Program-made: the position numbers and the translations under genes
Notes under the pieces: model-generated
What the model saw: only the letters and a program-made list of their open reading frames with translations
The model's database searches: none
What the model was told of the DNA's origin: nothing
Assembly (NCBI GenBank): GCA_033582675.1
Contig: JAVQZY010000020.1
Coordinates: forward strand, 286,615-350,614
Origin: Burkholderiales bacterium
Lineage (GTDB): Bacteria; Pseudomonadota; Gammaproteobacteria; Burkholderiales; SG8-39
Length of the DNA: 64,000 bases
Direction: 5' to 3'
In this document: piece by piece, positions 59,493 through 64,000 of the stretch
Numbering within the stretch: position 1 is the first letter of the stretch
How the letters are laid out: the number at the start of each line of letters is the position of its first letter

Positions 59493-59514
59493 TTTACTTT
59501 AAACTTAAAGCAAA
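59493..59514. promoter_or_regulatory. AT-rich inverted repeat; candidate MarR operator.
   Basis: TTTACTTTAA-ac-TTAAAGCAAA. The core CTTTAA/TTAAAG is a perfect match, and the 10-bp arms have one mismatch. It lies 19-40 nt upstream of marR ATG 59474. Confidence 0.5.
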
Positions 59515-59611
59515 TCGCCGGCGTGCGTCAACCGCTTCGCTGCGCTGCGGCATCGAAGGGCCGTATGGCCTTATAGCGCTGTCGCGGTCGAGCACCGCGC
59601 GAAGCCGCGCG

Positions 59612-59617
59612 TAGAAT
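59612..59617 (+). promoter_or_regulatory. Candidate -10 hexamer TAGAAT.
   Basis: 19 nt before ATG 59637, with an AAGGAGG SD in between. Confidence 0.4.
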
Positions 59618-59636
59618 ATTGCCGAAGGAGGTCATC

Positions 59637-60848
59637 ATGGACGAGCACAGGCGCAAATTCCTCGAAGGCGCGGCGGGCCTCGGCGCGATCGCGCTCGCCG
59701 GCGACCTGTTTGCGCAGGACAAGCCGGCGGCGAAAGAACCCCCGGCCCCGCCCGGCACGGTGCCGAACGAGGTGGTGAAGCGGGAGAAGGTCGCCGCGAT
59801 GCAGTACCACTCGGAGCGGCCGCTCACCGGCTCGGTTCCGGCGCACGAGCACGACTTCGACGTGACGCCCACCGACCGGATGTTCATCCGCAACAACCTG
59901 CTCACGCCGGATATCGACGCCGCGCAGCACCGCCTGACGGTCAAGGGTCTCGTGGAGCGCGAGATTTCCTTTTCGGTCGAAGAGCTGAAAAAGGCGTTCC
60001 CAGTCGTGAGCTTTCAGGCGATGCTCGAGTGCGCGGGCGCCGGGCGCACCGCGTTCAATCCGCGTCCGAGCGGCACGCCTTGGAGCGAGACCGGAGGCAT
60101 GGGCTGCCCGCGCTGGACCGGGGTACGCCTTGCGGATCTGCTTCGGGCCGCCGGCCTGAGAGCGAACGCGGTACACGTCGCTGGCCAAGGCGGCGACCCC
60201 GGCATGGTGCCCACCGCGCCGCCGGTCATCCGTTCGATTCCGATCTCGAAGGCGATGGAGGAGCACACAATCGTCGCTTGGGAGATGAACGGCGCGCCCC
60301 TGCCCAAGGTCCACGGCTATCCGCTGCGACTGGTGGTGCCCGGCTGGGTCGGCTCGGCCTCCATCAAGTGGCTGCACACGCTCACCGTTCTCGATGCACC
60401 GTTCAAGGGCACCTACATGACCGACAGCTACGTCATGCCGAAGTGGCCGGTCGAGCCCGGCTCGAAGATGCCGCCCGACACGGTTTCGACGGAGGCTTGG
60501 CCGGTGAAATCCATGATCACGTACCCGGCGCCGAACGCGCGTTTCAAGGGCAATGCGCCGATCACGGTGCGCGGCCGCGCGTGGGTCGGCGAAGGCTCGG
60601 TCGAGCGCGTCGAGATCTCGGTGGACGAAGGGAAGACCTGGCACCGGGCGCGGCTTTCGCCCCGCGGCGACAAGTACGCCTGGCGTACCTTCACCTTCCA
60701 GTACCAGCCGGAGCGCTTTGGCTACGTCACTTTCCTCGCGCGCGCTTGGGACGACCGTGGCAACGTCCAGCCCATCCTTCCGCCTTGGAATCCGCTCGGC
60801 TACTTCTGGAACGGCATTCACCGAGTGGGCGTGATCGTTGAAGCCTGA
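59637..60848 (+). CDS. Sulfite-oxidase-family molybdopterin oxidoreductase (SorA-like sulfite dehydrogenase).
   Basis: Tat signal MDEHRRKFLEGAAGLGAIALAG. FIRNN; ECAGAGR; NGAPLPKVHGYPLRLVVPGWVGSASIKWL; dimerisation-domain-like C-terminus. Confidence 0.85.
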   Translation: MDEHRRKFLEGAAGLGAIALAGDLFAQDKPAAKEPPAPPGTVPNEVVKREKVAAMQYHSERPLTGSVPAHEHDFDVTPTDRMFIRNNLLTPDIDAAQHRLTVKGLVEREISFSVEELKKAFPVVSFQAMLECAGAGRTAFNPRPSGTPWSETGGMGCPRWTGVRLADLLRAAGLRANAVHVAGQGGDPGMVPTAPPVIRSIPISKAMEEHTIVAWEMNGAPLPKVHGYPLRLVVPGWVGSASIKWLHTLTVLDAPFKGTYMTDSYVMPKWPVEPGSKMPPDTVSTEAWPVKSMITYPAPNARFKGNAPITVRGRAWVGEGSVERVEISVDEGKTWHRARLSPRGDKYAWRTFTFQYQPERFGYVTFLARAWDDRGNVQPILPPWNPLGYFWNGIHRVGVIVEA

Positions 60849-61419
60849 AGTCCGGACGCTTGGGCTTGCGGCCGCTCTGGCGGCCGCTTTTGTTTTCGCG
60901 CGCGCGCTGGCGCAGGGCGGCGGGCCGCTCGTCTCCGGGCCCGGGATGAACCTGACGCTCGAGAAGTGCCAGACCTGTCACGAGATCGCCCACGTCACCC
61001 GTGCGCCGATGTCGCGCGGCGAGTGGGCTGACAATCTGCACCGGATGCGTGGGCGCGGCGCACAGCTCACCGACGAAGAGTTCGAGATCATCCTGAACTA
61101 CCTCGCGACCTACTACGGCCGCGAGCCGGCGCCGCCGCCTGCACCGGACACCTACGCTGCGGGCGTCGATCCGATCGCCGCCCTTTTGCGCACCCACGGC
61201 TGCAGCGCCTGCCATGCGGCGGACCAGCGCCTCGTCGGCCCCTCGTTTCGCGAAGTCGCCGCGCGCTACGCCGGCGACGCCGGGGCGGCCGAGCAGCTCG
61301 CGCAGCGCATACGCAAGGGCACGCAAGGGGCTTGGGGGCCGGTGCCGATGCCGCCGATCGCCTCCATCTCGGACGCCGAGCTCGCGCAAGTCGTCGCCTG
61401 GGTGCTCGCCCAAAGGTGA
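60838..61419 (+). CDS. Di-haem c-type cytochrome (SorB-like domain plus a c551/c552-like domain).
   Basis: Two CxxCH motifs (CQTCH, CSACH) and a signal peptide. It uses a TTG start that overlaps the sorA-like stop by 11 nt. The second domain reads VGPSFREVAARYAG..GAWGPVPMPP. Confidence 0.75.
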   Translation: MKPEVRTLGLAAALAAAFVFARALAQGGGPLVSGPGMNLTLEKCQTCHEIAHVTRAPMSRGEWADNLHRMRGRGAQLTDEEFEIILNYLATYYGREPAPPPAPDTYAAGVDPIAALLRTHGCSACHAADQRLVGPSFREVAARYAGDAGAAEQLAQRIRKGTQGAWGPVPMPPIASISDAELAQVVAWVLAQR

Positions 61420-62265
61420 CCCTGCGGCGGCTCGCCGCCGTCCGCGCGCACCTGCGAAATCCTTCGACGAGGCGCGCCGCCTCGGCGCTCACGCCGCTGC
61501 TTGCGGCACACGGGTCGCGCACCGGTTGCACACGCCCTCGGCGTGCTCGCGAACCCGGACTGCCGACGAAGTCGCGCGCCGCCGTGCCGAATGCCGGGTG
61601 ACGCTCACCCGAGACCGGGTGTCCCCGTCATCGCGGGGGGAGCCTGCCGCAGCGATCGCGCCCTCGCCGCCCGAGGTCTCGCCGTCGCCCGCAGCCGAGC
61701 GTCAGGCACCGCCTGAGCCAACGCAATCGGCTCCGGCGAAAGAGCGCGCTCCGAGCGCCCCGGGTGAAGCCTCCGGTCGCGGTCCTGCCGAGAGCCGATT
61801 GCGCCGCTTCGGCCGATCGTCGCAGGAGCGCTCGAAGAGCCGTCGAAGCGGGAAGAGTTGGCCGCGCTGACCGCAGCCGCCGCTGTACCGAGCCCGAAAG
61901 CCGCCCCCGCGCCGCCGAAGGCCCCGGTGCCGTTCGCGCTGGTCGAGCGTCCGGCCCCCGCAGTCGCCTAGGTTTCCTCGCACGCGCAAACCTGGCCGGC
62001 GCCTGCCGCCGAGCCCGGCTGCGCCGACCGGTGGTCGCGGTCGCACGCCAAAGCGACGGTCTATTCGTCCCGCGCGACCGAAGAGCGCGGCGAGCCGCTC
62101 GAGCCCTGCAACGCGCGCGAATCTGGCCGATCTCGATCCTGCCGCTAAACGAGCTGCTTCCGCCCGAGGAGCGGCGCTCGCGCGAAGCGAGGCTCACGAT
62201 CGCGCTCGACGGCAGCTGCAGGCTGAAGTCCGGACTGTCCGCGCTGAGACGGCCCTCGCCACGCC

Positions 62266-63969
62266 TCAGGCGCGGCGCAGGAAATCGAAGTCGCAGCCCT
62301 CTTCGGCCTGCAGGACGTGCGTCATGTAAAGCTTCGCGTAACCGCGCGCCGGCGCTTGCGCCGGCGGCCGCCAGGCGCTTCTTCGCCGCGCGAGCTCGTC
62401 TTCGCCCACCAGCAGATCGAGCCGCCGCTCGCGCACCGAAAGCCGGATGCGGTCGCCGGTCCGCACGAGCGCGAGCGGCCCGCCGACGGCGGCTTCGGGC
62501 GATACGTGCAGCACGATCGTGCCGTAGGCGGTGCCGCTCATTCGCGCATCCGAAATCCGCACCATGTCCTTCACCCCGGCGCGCGCGAGCTTCTGCGGGA
62601 TCGGCAGGTAGCCGGCCTCCGGCATCGCGTAGCCGGAGCGCGGTCCGGCGTTCTGCAGCACCAGAAAATCGTCGGGGGTGACGTCGAGCGCCGGATCGTC
62701 TACGCGCGCGGCGAGGTCCTCGAGCGAGGAGAACACCACCGCGCGGCCCTCGCGCTCGAAGAGCCGCGGGTCGGCGGCCGAGCGCTTAAGGATCGCGCCG
62801 TTCGGCGCAAGCGTGCCGAAGAGCGCGACCAGCCCGCCCTCCTTCGCGAGCGGCTCGGCGAGCGTGCGCACGACCGTCCGATCGACCCACGCGCCCTGCT
62901 CGCGCGCAATGCGCTCGCCGAGCGTTTCGCCCGCGACCGTCGGGCAGTCGAGATGAAGCAGCGGCGCAAGCTCCCGCAACACCGCGCCGAGGCCGCCGGC
63001 GGCGTAAAGATCCGACATGTAATGCTGGCCGGTCGGTTTCAGATCGACGAGCACCGGCGTCGTATCCGACAGCTCGTTCAGGCGCCTGAGGCTGAAGGGC
63101 GCGCCGACGCGCCCGGCGATCGCGGCAAGATGCACGATCGCGTTCGTCGAGCCGCCGATCGCGAGCAGCACCCGCAGCGCGTTCTCGATCGACTTTTCGG
63201 TGATGATCTGCGAGGGCCGGATCGGGCGGGCGGCGAGTTCGACCGCGCGTCGGCCGCTCGCCTCGGCCGCGCGCAACCGGTCGGCGTGCACCGCCGGGAT
63301 CGCCGCGGTGCCGGGAAGCGACATGCCGAGCGCCTCCGCGATCGCGGCCATCGTGGAGGCGGTCCCCATCACCGCGCAGGTGCCGGCGGTCGTGGCGAGG
63401 TTGCTCTCGATGCGCTCGATGCCTGCGGCGTCGATGCGCCCTGCGCGATAGAGCGCCCAGAAGCGCCGGCAGTCGGTGCATGCGCCGAGCCGCTCGCCCT
63501 CGAACGACGTCGGCATCATCGGACCGGCGACAAGCTGGATCGCCGGCCGGTCGGCGCTCGCCGCCCCCATCAGCTGCGCCGGCACCGTCTTGTCGCAGCC
63601 GCCAAGCAGCACCACCGCGTCCATCGGTTGCGCCCGGATCATCTCCTCGACGTCCATCGCCATGAGGTTGCGGAACATCATCGAAGTGGGGCTGAGAAAC
63701 ACTTCGCCGAGCGAGGTCGTCGGAAATTCGAGCGGCAGGCCGCCTGCGGCGAGCACGCCGCGCTTGACCGCCTCGACGAGTTCCGGGAAATGGCGGTGGC
63801 AGTTGTTGAAGCCGCTGCGCGAGTCGGCGATGCCGACCACCGGCCGCGCGAGCATGTCGGCCGAGAAACCCATGCTCTTCGCGAACGAGCGGCGCAGGTA
63901 GAGCGAAAAGCCTGCGTCGCCGTAGTTCGTCAGGCCTCGCGCAAGGCCCCGCGGTTCGGAGTCGGACAT
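62266..63969 (-). CDS. IlvD/Edd-family dehydratase (second paralog).
   Basis: 567 aa with GGCDKTVPAQLMGA, AGTCAVMGTASTM and MSGTAYGT. Confidence 0.9.
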   Translation of the reverse strand: MSDSEPRGLARGLTNYGDAGFSLYLRRSFAKSMGFSADMLARPVVGIADSRSGFNNCHRHFPELVEAVKRGVLAAGGLPLEFPTTSLGEVFLSPTSMMFRNLMAMDVEEMIRAQPMDAVVLLGGCDKTVPAQLMGAASADRPAIQLVAGPMMPTSFEGERLGACTDCRRFWALYRAGRIDAAGIERIESNLATTAGTCAVMGTASTMAAIAEALGMSLPGTAAIPAVHADRLRAAEASGRRAVELAARPIRPSQIITEKSIENALRVLLAIGGSTNAIVHLAAIAGRVGAPFSLRRLNELSDTTPVLVDLKPTGQHYMSDLYAAGGLGAVLRELAPLLHLDCPTVAGETLGERIAREQGAWVDRTVVRTLAEPLAKEGGLVALFGTLAPNGAILKRSAADPRLFEREGRAVVFSSLEDLAARVDDPALDVTPDDFLVLQNAGPRSGYAMPEAGYLPIPQKLARAGVKDMVRISDARMSGTAYGTIVLHVSPEAAVGGPLALVRTGDRIRLSVRERRLDLLVGEDELARRRSAWRPPAQAPARGYAKLYMTHVLQAEEGCDFDFLRRA

Positions 63970-63977
63970 CGGCGAGC

Positions 63978-63983
63978 ATTGTA
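63978..63983 (-). promoter_or_regulatory. Candidate -10 hexamer TACAAT (minus strand).
   Basis: attgta on the plus strand. It ends 8 nt before ATG 63969, which suggests a leaderless mRNA. Confidence 0.4.
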
Positions 63984-64000
63984 GCCGCAGCGTGCGTGCC

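Noticed and set aside
1-64000. Programmed ribosomal frameshifting as the explanation for the split genes.
   Set aside because: There are far too many events (roughly 50), in unrelated genes, and I saw no recurring slippery heptamer or downstream structure at the sites I traced (for example gcggtcgctgctg at 21937 and ctcgaagggctgg at 1478). Indels from error or decay are the simpler explanation.
1-64000. Searched by eye for rRNA or tRNA genes, CRISPR repeats, IS elements or transposases, integrases, phage genes and toxin-antitoxin pairs.
   Set aside because: I recognised none. The only repeats found are the mraY-murD junction duplicate and short promoter-associated motifs. A covariance-model and IS-database scan would be needed to be sure.

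Overview
This is a 64-kb, very GC-rich chromosomal segment; my hand counts of 60-nt lines mostly give 65-75% G+C. It looks betaproteobacterial, because it carries three Bug/TctC-type binding proteins and an Azoarcus-type 2-aminobenzoyl-CoA pathway. That placement is an inference. Layout: (1) 1-8.9 kb holds the minus-strand dcw cluster mraZ-rsmH-ftsL-ftsI-murE-murF-mraY-murD, with a sigma70-like promoter and MraZ-box repeats. (2) 9.1-10 kb is a decayed 3-oxoacid CoA-transferase remnant. (3) 10-14.4 kb holds envelope genes: a FecR-domain secreted protein, a lipoprotein, and an MlaE/MlaD pair with no ATPase. (4) 14.4-27.6 kb holds organic-acid catabolic genes (IlvD/Edd dehydratase, Ldh2-family dehydrogenase, HpcH aldolase, 2-hydroxyacid dehydrogenase, hydratase, family III CoA-transferase, two Bug proteins), a LemA-TPM-TPM operon and an orphan PAS histidine kinase. 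(5) 27.6-29.9 kb holds an orphan DGQHR (DndB-like) protein, a secreted ankyrin protein and an ACT protein. (6) 29.9-43.1 kb is a run of ten consecutive frame-disrupted genes. (7) 43.2-48.1 kb is a DHDPS-like / Bug / ICL-PEP-mutase / LeuCD-like cluster. (8) 48.1-52.2 kb is a receiver / YaiO porin / HEAT-repeat / processive GT2 operon, my best candidate for an undescribed system. (9) 52.6-59.5 kb is a MarR-controlled aerobic anthranilate (2-aminobenzoyl-CoA) cluster. (10) The end of the window holds a SorAB-like sulfite dehydrogenase, an unresolved 0.85-kb stretch, and a second IlvD/Edd paralog. I recognised no rRNA, tRNA, CRISPR array, transposase, integrase or phage gene. About 21 of roughly 59 genes have broken reading frames, with roughly 50 indel-type disruptions by manual frame tracing. 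The breaks are strongly clustered in space, and both sequence error and genuine gene decay remain possible. All functional calls rest on motifs and family resemblance read by eye from the ORF translations; no database search was run.
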